A stretch of DNA of 63,448 nucleotides, counting the filler, from Reticulomyxa filosa (taxonomy: Eukaryota; Protista; Foraminifera), in assembly GCA_000512085.1 (NCBI GenBank). It is 12 parts of 12 records of this genome, joined end to end, with 100 filler letters (N's around TTAATTAATTAA, not from the genome) between each part and the next. Parts side by side here need not be neighbours in the genome. Positions count along the whole stretch, not along the records: positions 49,481 to 52,387 come from ASPP01020312.1; positions 52,488 to 54,167 come from ASPP01002974.1; positions 54,268 to 55,377 come from ASPP01012064.1; positions 55,478 to 59,652 come from ASPP01004818.1; positions 59,753 to 60,814 come from ASPP01018260.1; positions 60,915 to 63,448 come from ASPP01007619.1; 6 more parts are not named here. One strand, given 5' to 3'. The notes below the pieces were generated by a model, which saw only the letters and a list, made by a program, of their open reading frames with translations, had not been told where the DNA came from and made no database searches. Positions 51,186 through 63,448 of the stretch are shown here, in pieces (within the stretch, counting starts at the first letter, position 1; the number at the start of each line of letters is the position of its first letter). The position numbers were made by a program, and so were the translations under genes.

Positions 51186-51492
51186 TGTTTTATTGTTGAA
51201 ATTGGTACAATCGAAATAAGGTTGCTGATCTAAATAACTCGAGATTGTAACGACGTAGCGTCGTATCAAACAAAAGAAGTTTCGTGAGTTGAGTCTTTGT
51301 GTAATAAAGATATCTTTCCCAATTGCATATCATTGCAAAGAGTAGACTCTGTTTTGTAAGTGATGCCGGTTTTTTTGACTTACGTAAAAGTTTTCACAAT
51401 ATATGCACAAAAGATTAGAGAAATTTATTTGTGGGTTTTCATTATTATTATTATTTTTCGACACAACCAAAAAAACAAAACATGATCTACTG

Positions 51493-52387
51493 TCATTTTC
51501 TGAAATGCACATTGATACACCACAAATCCCACTTCCCTGTTAGCGACACCTCCCAACCAATTTGTTGATGATAAAGTAAGGGTGTTTCCAAGGTCCGGCC
51601 AGTGGAAACACAAAAAGTCATAGCTTTTTGGTACGTACAACGATGAGTTTTCATTACAAACCACACATTATCTTTCGATTTCAGTTCTAAAAACCTTGCA
51701 CAAACAGCACTCAAAAATTCGGTTTGTCCAATCTGATGGCGATTGAATGCTGGAAGCAGACGATGTTCCATCTTATAGTATTGCCGGCGAATGCGCTCTT
51801 CCAATTTGGTACTGTCAATGGACGACTCTTCATTGTTATCACTCTATATATATATATGTATATATATATATATTATGGTAAACATTTGAAAGCATGAAAC
51901 AGACCAGAGAAAAGTGAATAAACAAAACAAAACAAAACAAAACAAAAATCAACTTGAAAAGTATGAAAAATGACAGCGCATGTGCGATGTTTAAAGCGAG
52001 CAATAGCAACATTGGAAGAGGTGGATCGAGTAGAGATCCGTTGCATCGACCGGAACAACTTGTATTGTTGTGTCGCAGCAGTGACGTCGACAACGGTGAC
52101 AAAAGAGCATCCTTTCAGACTCGCCCGTCTGAGCAGGTCTAATTTGGCGGCCATGTCACTCAGATCGCGGGACAGATTGGTGTAGCAGTGAGGGACGAAG
52201 TGGTCAATGCCCATGACCAGTCGAAGATACTTTGGAGTCACAGTTATGTCCTCTCCGTGTACGTCTTTGAACACAGCATTGGAAGGCAATGCACTTATGT
52301 TGGTATCGACTTTCACCTCATCATCATCGTCATTATTGCCATCAACACTCGTATTAGCATTGGCATTGGTATTTACATTTGCATTGG
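51493..52387 (-). CDS. Hypothetical protein, 5'-partial, spliced
   Basis: GC-richer ORFs 51873-52316 and 51493-51804 separated by a (TA)n-containing intron. No family recognised. Confidence 0.45.
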
Positions 52388-52714
52388 NNNNNNNNNNNNN
52401 NNNNNNNNNNNNNNNNNNNNNNNNNNNNNNNTTAATTAATTAANNNNNNNNNNNNNNNNNNNNNNNNNNNNNNNNNNNNNNNNNNNNTTCTCGCAGAATT
52501 TTCAAAAATCATTTGAAAGAATGGTGATTTCGTCCAATAAAAAAAAAGTTATTAAAAAACCAATTTCATATTTAAAAACTACAAGATTTGAGATTTTTTT
52601 TAAATAAAAAAAAATTAAGTCTAAATGTTGATTTTTCATGGAGAAAATCAATTATCATCATAGGATATCGTTTTAGGCGTTCAGTTTTCTTTGCAACTTA
52701 CTGTAGTAGATATT

Positions 52715-53060
52715 TATGTTTTGTCTGATGACAATACTATTCGTTTATGGGATACTGAAGCATCTAAATCATTGCGTATTTTCAATCGACGTGTAAATAG
52801 TGCTTGTTATGTAAATATTTCAATGCTGCAAAGCAATAACAATAGCAGGATAAATTGATTATATTCAAAGGACATGAAGCAAATGTAAGGATTATAAAAT
52901 ATATGTTAAATGAATTAGAAAATATTGACTGTGCAAATACAATATTATTTGGATCATTGGATAAAGCGCTGTTTGTGGGATATTCGATCTGGTCAACAAA
53001 TTCAAGTATTCAAAAGACATAAACACTTGTATGTGCTGTTGAATTTCAATATTTGTGATA
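52715..53060 (+). pseudogene. Degraded WD40-repeat relic
   Basis: Remnants DNTIRLWDTEASKSLRIFN, FKGHE and LWDIRSGQQIQVFKRH, interrupted by stops and indels. Confidence 0.7.
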
Positions 53061-54285
53061 ATAGATTGAAGTTGGTGATAGTTCGGATTGATAGGCATTT
53101 AAACCCTTCTAATGAAAGTATATAAAAGTAAAAGAGAAAAGTCAAAATATTATATATATAATTGAATTACAGTAGTGCAGAAAAAATGGCAAACATACTA
53201 TACTACTTTATAAATATTCTAAATGTTTCTAATAATGGGATTGAATATTTTAACAAATTTATTTGTTTTTTGATACATTTTATTAATTGCAAACCAAAAA
53301 ATTTCATATTAAATATAATGATATGTTTTTAAACTTTTTTTTTTGATGCTTTATTTGTAAAACTTATGCTATCTTAAGTGTAAAATGTTTTGTTTTTTTT
53401 AATATGTAATTTTTTTCGCACTTGTTTTTGTTGATAATGTAACGTTTATTTTTGTTTTAACTCAATTAAGCGATATGAAAGATCACCAAATTATAGGAAA
53501 CAAAAAAAAAAAGGTAAAAATAAACGTGGCTATATTTTTTACTTTGATTATCATTAAAAAAATCGCATCATACACAAACAACATCATTTTTAACAAAGAA
53601 ATCAGTCATAAATTCTTAAAATTAGAACAAATAAAAAAATTGTACTGATGTAAAAACAAATTTAAATAACAAGACAGTGTTTAAAAAAATTAGGATAAAA
53701 TGTCTATTTTCATGGAGAAAATTAATTATCTTCATAAAGTAGCATAATATGTGTGCCATTTTTCCTGCAATAAACAATACTTCTGGCTTAATATCTTTTT
53801 AAAAATAATCATTTTAAAAACTCAATAAGATCATTTTTAGATTAAAGGGAGCTTTTTTTTATATATCTTGCTTTTTATTACTTTGTTTTTTATAATAAAA
53901 TTTTTTTATTTATATTGATAAGATAAGAAATGGGTAATAGAGTATGAGTGTATTACTTTTTGATGATAAAAGTTGTTGAATAAAGGAAGAAAAAAGTTAT
54001 TTTATCTACATTCAAATCAAGAGTTGCAAATAAACATTTACTTTGAAATTTTCATTTTAATCTTTTTTTTCTTTTAGACTTTCCTTAATGGTTCAAACAA
54101 TTTATATTATCTCTAGATAAAAAGTTTACAATTTATTGCTAAAAGACTAACATTTTTTTTTTCAACANNNNNNNNNNNNNNNNNNNNNNNNNNNNNNNNN
54201 NNNNNNNNNNNTTAATTAATTAANNNNNNNNNNNNNNNNNNNNNNNNNNNNNNNNNNNNNNNNNNNNAAAAAAAAAAAAAAAAAA

Positions 54286-55086
54286 ATGTTGTTATGTATA
54301 TTTGTTTTGATTGTAGATATGGTTATGGTGCTCTCGAGTGCATGTAACTATTTTCGTTCGAGCTATTTTAGCTATTATTCAGCCAATACGTGTGCAACAG
54401 TACGTTCGTCGTTTTCATACGAGTTTGATTGCAATATGACGGGATTGAATACACAGCATCCAACATTCAAAGTATGGCAAGGGACGAATTGTTCGTTGAA
54501 CTTGTACGATAGGCTAGACTTTCTGCAGTTTATTAACAGTAGTACAGATGGGACGAGTTTTTATAATTTTACGTATTCGAACATCGATAAGCATCCCGAG
54601 TGGTTTTATCGATGCAACAATGAAGGATCGACGTGTCAGAATGGATTGGTTCAAACATATTTCCCAAAGGAAACAGAGAATTCTACGTATAATGCTACAT
54701 GCAACGTTGCTGATGGCATTGTTACCACAGCACCTTACGTGATGAACGAATGCATCCCACTGGGAGAGGTCCCTTCTGCTGTGTTAAAACAGCTGCATAT
54801 GTACAATCTCCAACATACAAAAGAGTTGTCCATAAAACAAGTGTGTTACGTACCGAGGCAATGTATTTTCATTAATATTTATTCCCGACCAAACTGTCCC
54901 CAGGACAGCCCTTTTTTCAGTGTCACTTTGTTTTCGGGGTGTCAATCCCTGAAGTTTGTGCAAAATGGCACTAAAGAATTTTCTTCTAATAGCTCTTTTT
55001 TTCAGGATATCTCTTGTGCATGCTTTCGTGTCTCTTTTGCCCTCGCTCTTTTTCTTGGATTGACCTCGTTCGCTATCCTTTTGTGA
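54286..55086 (+). CDS. Cys-rich secreted/cell-surface glycoprotein, likely GPI- or tail-anchored
   Basis: N-terminal signal peptide, many Cys, multiple N-x-S/T sequons and a terminal hydrophobic stretch with no cytosolic tail. Confidence 0.7.
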   Translation: MLLCIFVLIVDMVMVLSSACNYFRSSYFSYYSANTCATVRSSFSYEFDCNMTGLNTQHPTFKVWQGTNCSLNLYDRLDFLQFINSSTDGTSFYNFTYSNIDKHPEWFYRCNNEGSTCQNGLVQTYFPKETENSTYNATCNVADGIVTTAPYVMNECIPLGEVPSAVLKQLHMYNLQHTKELSIKQVCYVPRQCIFINIYSRPNCPQDSPFFSVTLFSGCQSLKFVQNGTKEFSSNSSFFQDISCACFRVSFALALFLGLTSFAILL

Positions 55087-55592
55087 GTTTTTGACATAAT
55101 TGTCTAATGCAACGCTGTCGCAACGACCTTCCCCCCCCCCCCCCTTCCTCACCAACTGTTTAATACTTTCATTTATTTTGGTTCATTTTTATTTTTTTTT
55201 TCGTTGTATACATGCCAATGGCCGAGTTTTTTTTTAATTTTAACCTAAAAAAAAACTTGTTACTTTACACCGTTTATAAGCAACACTTTTAACTTACTTT
55301 TGTTGAAAATAAAAGTTTAACATTAATTAAAAAAACATTTTTTTTTTGTTTATACTTAAAAAAAAAAAAAAACGGGGNNNNNNNNNNNNNNNNNNNNNNN
55401 NNNNNNNNNNNNNNNNNNNNNTTAATTAATTAANNNNNNNNNNNNNNNNNNNNNNNNNNNNNNNNNNNNNNNNNNNNTTTTTTTTTTTTTTTTTTTTTTT
55501 TTTTTTGTCTTTTTAATACACAACACAACACACTTTTTTTTTTTTAAAAAAAAATAACTTTTTTAAATAAAAACACTTACAATCAAACAAAG

Positions 55593-55921
55593 ATTCTGAG
55601 TTCGCAGAACTGTTTTGGATATTAGTAGACAATTCACATCGCAGAAGAGGAATTGCGAAAACCTTAATCGATGTCATGATTGTCGAATGCCAACGAGAAT
55701 GGAATATCAATCGAATTCGACTTCATGTGTTAGTCAACAATCTTGCTGGAATTCAGTTATATAAAAACTTGGGCTTTTATCAAGTCCAACTTAAAAAAAA
55801 TTATCCTACAAAAGGATTTGACTCGTTTCGTTATGAATTAGCGCTAGGCGATCATTATTTCAATGATACCCCATTACAATCTTTACAAACAGACACTCCA
55901 CACTTTTCCCATTCTCTATGA
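55593..55921 (+). CDS. GNAT-family N-acetyltransferase, last exon
   Basis: VDNSHRRRGIAKTL (motif A) and LHVLVNNLAGIQLYKNLGF (motif B) following acceptor CAAAG. Confidence 0.8.
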
Positions 55922-58474
55922 ATTTTTTGAACAAAAATTCTTTCAATGCAAATGGGAACAACTTATAAAAACTTTTCTCCCTCCCCCCTCTCCCCCTTTT
56001 TTTTTTTTTTTTCCGTTGCATTAAACTTGACGTGCAAACTTTTGACATGTGATTGTTTTTCTTGTGTAGATCTTTTTTTTTTTTTTGTGGTGCTTTTGTT
56101 TTGTTTTTTTGTTTTGTTTGCTGTTTTGTCTGTTTGTTTTTGTTTTGTTGTTGTTTTTCGCACAAATAGCACCCTTAAAATTTATAAAATTTTTTGCGAT
56201 CAAACGAAAACGCTCGTGTGATATTCCCCTTCTCATTTACAGACTAAGCTTGCAAAGGTTATAAACCAATTGTTGACATCAAAACAATAGTCAAATTGCC
56301 ACATACATTCCTTTAAAGGCTGTCACTAAAACGGCTCTTTTTTTCACACGTTTAACGTTTGACAACAAACAGAAGACTCATCTAAATCAATTACTATTTT
56401 TAAATAGTACTCAACCATTTATTTAATCTATTAAATATATCTATTTTTATAAGAAAACAGAGAGCTCTAACATGTATCATATGCTCATATATTCTGAAAA
56501 AAGAATGAAAAGGAAATACACGTGATAATATCAACTCCAAGATATTTGATCGTAAATATCATTCAAATTGATTTACTTCAAAACAAAGACAACAACTAAC
56601 TTGTGTCAAATTGAAAAAATGACAGCATTAGATGCTTCAACAAAAAACTAGAAATGCATTAATTAGATGCCATGCTCAGTAGCAGTGCTTGTAATATCAT
56701 TTCCATTTGTACACAACCAATCAATAATTCAATTATGTATTTTGCCCATCTGTTTGTCAAATGATTACCGCATTTTATACAATGTATCCTATTAGATGCT
56801 CCGTACTATTCACCCAATTCAAATTTATTGTCAATTTTCGAAAATGTATGAAAAACATGTTTCTGCACGTACTTATTCTGAACAATTAGAAATTTTAGTT
56901 TTTAAAATTCGTTTGATTATGCAATTAAACATTATTTGAGGATTGAGGATTTAAAATAATAGAATAATTATTATCTCTGTCTTTGTAAGATACTCCATAA
57001 CACAATTATTTGATTTGTTTAATTGTCTTCATATCTTCAATCCTTTTTTCAATAAGATTTTTTTTTGCTTTTAAAAACGTTTTTAAGATTTGTATTTTTG
57101 TTGTTTTAAATTCCTTTTTTGAAGGAGGTTACTGTTGTTCAATAGATTAAACGTGATATTGTCAGTTTCGTGCTTAAGCAGGGCGTATGATAGCTTCTTT
57201 TTGATATTTTGTCTCAACTCGATTTTTGTTGAGATTTTAAAAACAGTTCTTCGGAGTAGGAATTTAGAAATTACATTCAGCAATTATTCTATTTTTCCAT
57301 GATATTTCATGAAATTTTGTTATTGGCAAGAACATATGATTTTGGTTTTTTTATTAAATCTTTACTAGAGAAATTATTACAGTTTATATTTGTTCTACTA
57401 TCACCTGACTTTACATTAAAAATCAAAATTAGATTACTACTTGTCAATATCGGAATTGTTGACCATTTGATGAAAATGTGGCGTTTTTCATTTCAACGTG
57501 ATTACTTTTTTTTAACCACTTGTCCAGAACTTGAGTTGGATACAATATATCTTTTCAACGTCAATTCTTTGTTTATCTTCTATTATTCGTCTTTCCACTT
57601 TTGTTTTCATACGTTTTAAAATATTGCCAAATATTCCAATGATGTACACAAATGAATTATCTTTACATAATACAGAAACATACTGCGATGAAATCGGTAC
57701 GTTTTGCTTATTTTGTCCATTTGTTTTTATTATCGAATACTCGAAAACTTCATTTAAATAATCTTCACCAAAGAACAGGATAAAGTTATTTGCACAAATA
57801 TATTAATATACCCAAAATAAATTAAAATTTGTGCGAACATATTAAAAAATTGAAATATGTTGTCATTCACATTAGCAAAGTTATTTCATTTAGATTTTTA
57901 TTGTCATTATTATTATTTATACACTCACGAGGCAAAGACTTCAAAGTCTCAAAGGAAATCAAAGACATGTTTAGTTTTTTCTTTTATATTAGTTGCTCCA
58001 TTTCTAAAACAATTTCAAATAAACTTGCATGAAGTTTTTCATATGCACGGGACTGTGACATAATTACGATTATTTTTAATGACGAAGGGGGTAGCATTTT
58101 AAAAAAGATTCAGACCCAAAACAAAAAAAAGTTCACTAAACAATATTGACGGTATAAAGGTTAATTATATATGAACAAAATAGCTTGTTATTATGACTCA
58201 ATTCTTTAAGACTATTATTACTCATAGTCCTCAAAAAAAAGTTGAAATACTTGTGCTATGGGCTGTTTAATGAGAAAGTGTGTCAACGTACAAAGTTATA
58301 AAATTGAAAAACGACAAAGCAATGAAAAAAGAAAAAATTACAAGTACTCTTCAGTTCTATTTTCATATTGACAAAGCGTTTCCAACGACCCCTTCATTGA
58401 CTCGACATAAAAAGTTCAAATATTTCATCTACTTCATTGAAGAAAATTTCAAAAGAAAAACAGAAATTTAAAAA

Positions 58475-59652
58475 ATGATCACTTCCATCAATGAAAAAGC
58501 GACTTCAATTCAACCAGCATTGGTAAGTTTCAGTCCAATCTTTCAGAAACTTGATTGTCTTTATGTTTTGACTGTGTTTATTACACATGACTTGTAATCG
58601 AATCAGTCAGAAGAAGAAGTGATGAAAATAATAATCAAAAATTGGATTCGAATGTTACATATTAAATTGGGATGGATCAATGATTTTGACAAACTTGTTA
58701 TTAAATACGTTAAGTTTTTTTGTATTTCATTAAATTACAAATATGTATTTGTTGTTATTGTTTAAAAATCGCTATTTACACAGGCAGCTGCTATCTTTAT
58801 GCTCGACGCATTCCATTCATCATCAAAATTACTCAAGTCTTTCAAAGGACATACTTCTTGTGTGGGTAGCATTGATTGTTCAACACTTGATGATTGTAGC
58901 TTACTTTGTTCTGGCTCACACGATAAAACAGTTCGCGTATGGGATGTAGAAGCCAGCAAACAAATCCAATTATTCAATGGTCATTCAAATTATGTGCATT
59001 GTGTAAAATTTTCATTTTACCATTATCACACCCATCGTCGCAATGTTATTTGTTCTTCTTCATATGACAAAACTATTCGTTTTTGGGATGTTAAAGATAA
59101 TCAACAATTGGATATATTGAATGAACACGCTGGTGGCGTTTGTGGCATTGAATTGTCATCATTTAATGGTGGTCGATATTTGTGTTCTAGCTCATTTGAC
59201 AAAACAATTCGTCTATGGGATATTGAAACATCCAAATCATTACATGTTTTCAAAAGGCATACAAATTATGCTTGGTGCGTGGATATTTCGCCATTGCAAA
59301 GTAATAACAACAATGACAAAATTAATAGTATTGGTGTGATTGGTGGAAATGGATATACAATATGCTCTGGATCATGGGATAAAACCATTCGCATATGGGA
59401 TATTGAAACAATTAAACAATTGAATGTATTCAAAGGACATGAAAATTGGGTGCATTGTGTAAAGTATGGATCAAATGAATTAGGAATTAATGGTGGCGCA
59501 AATACAATATTATCTGGATCAAGAGATAAAAGTGTTCGTTTGTGGGATATCCGCTCGAATCGACAAACTCAAATGTTTAAAGGACATACAAATCATGTGT
59601 ATACTGTCGAATATTCACCATTTGTAGTAAATAATATCGAAATTGGTGGTAG
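58475..59652 (+). CDS. WD40-repeat protein of the expanded family, 3'-partial
   Basis: Short leading exons (MITSINEK..; EEEVMKIIIKNWIRMLHIKLGWINDFDKLVIKY), then at least 5 GH..WD repeats including IGVIGGNGYTICSGSWDKTIRIWD. Confidence 0.9.
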
Positions 59653-60957
59653 NNNNNNNNNNNNNNNNNNNNNNNNNNNNNNNNNNNNNNNNNNNNTTAA
59701 TTAATTAANNNNNNNNNNNNNNNNNNNNNNNNNNNNNNNNNNNNNNNNNNNNCCCATTTCCGTCTTGTTTTTCTCTTTGACCATGTAGACACGCTGAAAT
59801 TATTCTTCAAATCCAATCAAACCAAAAAACTGTTGCTACGTCGAATATGTTTAAAAAAAAATAACAATATATTGTACAATTTGCTTACTCGTTTGTATGT
59901 GTGAAATTTATGTGTTAGTCATTTAAGTCAGACATTTAAATATCAAATGGCAATGTTTTTATGAAGAAATACTAACTCCGAATGATTTTATGCTTTTGAT
60001 TGCTTTGATATTCTGAAAAAAAGACATAGTATCCAACTGTTGAGTGTTAGAATTGAGTAACAGTACACAAAACTCTTTTTGAACATAACATCCATTGTCT
60101 AACTTCATACATGAAAAGACGATGAAGAGGAGTATTGGACTTTAACAAAAAAACACACAATTCGAATTGGGATTTAATGCGTATTTTTCAAATTTCTACT
60201 TAATTAAATGAAACAAAAGAAGACTTGTTTTTTGAGATCCGAACTTTACAATGAGAGTAGAAACAAATAGATATTGGTTTGAATTGATAAAAAGACAAAT
60301 TCATAATATTAACAAATGAATTTTTGTTTGTATACGAAAAGAATATTTGTTTTTATGGATACGCTTTAAAGTGAAAAAAACGCAAGATAATCAAAAATTT
60401 TTTGATCATGTCCTAACCTTGAGATAAAAAGTCCATAGAACTGTTACAAACAAATAAATTGGAACACTGTTATTTTTCTTTTTTTTAACAGTGTAAATGA
60501 AACTTCATTTGTATACTACATTAAAACAAACTGCAAGCCTACAATGCCATCCATTGAAGAGATAATGCTCAAATTTCTTTTTTTTCCATTTGCTTTGCTT
60601 TTTTTAGTGTCCATTTTTACTTTGTTACATTGATACTAATAATTCTTTAATATAGTATTGCATGAATTCTGTCAAAGTATTTTGAACAGTTAATTGATAA
60701 TTTTTAAATGTATAGTAGAAGAAATCAACAACACTGGCACTTCCAAAGTAATATTATGATATAATAATTTCAAAGTAATTAATTGATATGATCTTTTATT
60801 AACATACAAAAAAANNNNNNNNNNNNNNNNNNNNNNNNNNNNNNNNNNNNNNNNNNNNTTAATTAATTAANNNNNNNNNNNNNNNNNNNNNNNNNNNNNN
60901 NNNNNNNNNNNNNNTTTTTTTTTTTTTTTTGTTTGTTTAAAGTTTGTTTTTTAGCTT

Positions 60958-61418
60958 ACCAAAACAACTTGCCGTGTGTGGGCCCATTCTTTGCCACTGT
61001 TTTTCGGATCATTGGCAAACGATGTCCTGAACACAGTGGAGCCATATTCCCAGATTTATTGCTCTTCTCTGATGTTCCTCTTTCGTTCCATTTCCTTTTG
61101 TGGTCGTGCATCTCCGTATAACCCCTTTTTTTTGGTGCTATTGCATTACTCTCGCTGCTCGTGCTGCTTGGCGCTGCAAATACACATCCTGTTGCGACTT
61201 TGTCCAGTGTGCAGTTGTCTCCTTGTTCATGCTGCAACTGCTCTCTTCCTTCTTCCAACTGTCGTTTTCTCTATCGGGACTGTGCTGCATGCCTTATTTG
61301 CTGTTCCGTGCGAGTTCGTCACGGCTTCCTCGTTTGACGATGAAATTGGTTGTACATATTGTAATAATGATGGATGATCCCAGAAAGATTCATCAGCGAC
61401 ATCTACAATCCCATCCAT
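60958..61418 (-). CDS. Protein with GRF-type zinc finger, 3'-partial, +1 frame break near 61265
   Basis: APLCSGHRLPMIRKTVAKNGPTHGKLFW matches zf-GRF (APEX2/NEIL3-type) and is followed by donor GTAAGC. Confidence 0.6.
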
Positions 61419-61856
61419 TTTGTAGTGTTTCTTTTTTTTTGCTCACTATTGCTGTGAGTTTTGTAGAAGAAAGGGTTGCTTGTAACAAATTTCAGTTTTA
61501 TTCGTAATTTGAAAGAAAAATTGGTATATGTATAAAATTTAAAAAGCAAAGATTTTGAAAAAATTATAATCCACCTTTTTTTTTATTATTCTCACACCTT
61601 TAAATAGTTTTATAAGAACAGTTAAAATTTTCATATATTGGATTGCAACAAAACTCTTCCACCGATGCTCAATATCCAAACAAGTCTGTTTTTGAAAGCA
61701 ATTTAAAACATTTGCTTTTATTGAGATTTTGCTAAGTGAAATGGAAGCAACAAGCCCAAAAAGAGAAAGATGTGGCACTTGTCCCTGAAAAGAACAAAAC
61801 CTTTTTGATATATTATATTTTGTTGAAAAAAGTTTTAAATCTTGTGACACGAGGAG

Positions 61857-62506
61857 ATGCACAAAATGATGACCATGAATACCAAAATGATGAACATGAA
61901 TACTACAATGATGGCAATGAATTCTACAATGATGGCAATGAACACCACGATGATGAGTATGGGTGACGATGACTGTCCAATGCAAAGCTATTTTGTGTTT
62001 ACAACAGATGTGTGTTTATTGTTTAAGGGATGGAAAGTGAATGAAAATTGGAAATGGTGGCTGAGTGCATTTTTTTTGATATTTTTGTGTTTTCTCAGGC
62101 AAGTTTGGAGAGAAGTAGAAAATTAAAAAAACAGGGTTGGCCTCTCAAGACGTGAGTTGTCAGCCTTTTTTTTTTTTTTTTTTTTTAAGTAATCTATTTT
62201 ACAAATGGAGAGAAAGACACCAAGTTGAAAATACATAATTATTAAACTCGTATAGAGATATGGTGACCTCAAATCAAACAATTTGAAGCGGATTATTTCA
62301 GTCATTACTCCGTTCAAGCTGCCACTTCACTGAAATTCCGCTCTGTCAATACGCTCTTTTACATATTAAATGTGATCATTGGCTACCTTCTAATGATTGT
62401 CGTTATGACATATAACGCTGGTTTTTTGCTTGTCATTTTGACGGGTTTTTTGTGCAGTCGTATGTTGATTTTCCCAAGAATCCGAAAATTGGGAAATGAG
62501 CATTGA
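61857..62506 (+). CDS. Ctr (SLC31) copper transporter
   Basis: Met-rich N-terminus, MQSYF..LLFKGWKV and TM1, then a second exon with GYLLMIVVMTYNAG (MxxxM) and TM3. The splice junction is ambiguous. Confidence 0.88.
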
Positions 62507-62919
62507 CCAAACAGACTATAATTAAATATTTTATTATTGTTATTTTTGTTTTCCCTCCCTCTCTTTTTTCAAGGGTATTAAGAAATAACTCTCGTACCAA
62601 AGGTGTTTTTTTTTTCTGTCCTCCTTTCAATTGATATTGGCACTCCACTCGTTTCAGTAACTAAAAAAAAAAAGGACACTGTAGCCCCGTACTTAGTTTT
62701 AATCTTGTTTGACAATTTTTTTTTATGTGAGTGCTCTAAATGGAATTTTCGACACATAATTTCCATTAAAAAAAAAAAAAAAATTGAAAACTGTTTGCGC
62801 TCCTGGCAAAAGTGGCCTGTGAACGTGCGTTTTTTTTTTTCTTCCTTCTTCAATTCTCCTCTCGCGCTTTTAAGATCTCTTTTTGTTTAAAAAAAATTGA
62901 CAAAATAAAAAAAGAAATA

Positions 62920-63448
62920 ATGGAATTGATTCGTACCCTTGTAAACTCTGACACGGGCGACATTTCGTTGGTGTTGTCGAACCCGCCGTCGCTGTTGTTG
63001 CATGGAAGTGAAAGCACAAATTTTCCCACCACGTTGCCCCCGGCAAGGCCCATATCGGCATTTGGAATGTGTGGAAGTAGTGACTATGGCGCGCAGACGC
63101 AGTTGTATAGCCCGACGATAAGCATAAATAGTCGACCCAATGTGAATGGCAGTGCCAATTGTGGTCGTGGAGTGAATTATTCGGTATCGTATCCAGGCAC
63201 GTCTGCTCCGCAAAACGCAGTGATTTTGGTGTGTCCTGTGGTACCTATGCGTAATGACCCTCTTCAAGGTCCTAGCCTTTCGTATCGTCCATCTTTGGCG
63301 CAATTGCAATCACAGCAGCATCGTCATCATCATCATCATCAGCAGCAGCAGCAGCAGCAACAGCAACAGCAGCAGCAACAGCAACAGCATCAATACCAAT
63401 ACCAATATCAACAATCACAACAGCAGCAACAGCAACAGCAACAACAAC
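62920..63448 (+). CDS. Low-complexity poly-His/poly-Gln protein, runs off the window end
   Basis: Open frame from ATG 62920 (MELIRTLVNSDTG...) into CAT/CAG/CAA repeats. It is absent from the ORF track because it has no stop in the window. Confidence 0.6.
   Translation, partial: MELIRTLVNSDTGDISLVLSNPPSLLLHGSESTNFPTTLPPARPISAFGMCGSSDYGAQTQLYSPTISINSRPNVNGSANCGRGVNYSVSYPGTSAPQNAVILVCPVVPMRNDPLQGPSLSYRPSLAQLQSQQHRHHHHHQQQQQQQQQQQQQQQQHQYQYQYQQSQQQQQQQQQQ

Noticed and set aside
56480-57790. Possible decayed coding sequence on the minus strand (also ~36900-37500)
   Set aside because: Fragments look codon-like but have no recognisable motif and cannot be assigned without a translated search.
62120-62130. 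TAA readthrough or a non-standard genetic code in the Ctr gene
   Set aside because: It can be bypassed by a GC-AG intron or a one-base correction. TAA, TAG and TGA all terminate conserved genes elsewhere in the window.
1-63448. tRNA, rRNA, spliced-leader or CRISPR loci
   Set aside because: No cloverleaf, rRNA core motif, repeated leader or repeat-spacer array was recognised by eye. Infernal or tRNAscan-SE would be needed to exclude them.

Overview
Eukaryotic, AT-rich, intron-containing nuclear DNA. It consists of 12 contigs joined by an artificial 100-nt linker (44 N + TTAATTAATTAA + 44 N), so adjacency across linkers may not be real. The WD40 family with the signature IGVIGGNGYTICSGS and the (TA)n/poly-T-laden introns match what I know of the foraminiferan Reticulomyxa filosa; this is inference, not a database hit. 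Genes recognised: TMEM131-like, WDR74/Nsa1, a TLDc protein, a receptor-type TKL pseudokinase, Clp1, an Enhancer-of-zeste SET methyltransferase, PEX2, a DENN protein, CEP164, a CDK-like pseudokinase, FHIT, ATP23, two tandem NBR1-like (FW/ZZ-like/UBA) genes, an R-S-E-type ADP-ribosyltransferase-fold protein, a GNAT, a Ctr copper transporter, a GRF zinc-finger protein, WD40 copies and a decayed LTR-retrotransposon gag with LTR and PBS. Main observations: (1) tandem NBR1-like autophagy receptors with rearranged domain order and a variant zinc finger; (2) several enzymes with degenerate catalytic motifs (TKL, CDK, Clp1, ATP23, ART); (3) recurrent -1 frame breaks in otherwise intact genes, one at an in-phase G GGA AAT slippery heptamer, although homopolymer sequencing error is the default explanation; (4) a short LTR family with up to five members; (5) A-rich AAG acceptors and GC-AG introns. 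All exon models were read by eye and their boundaries are approximate.
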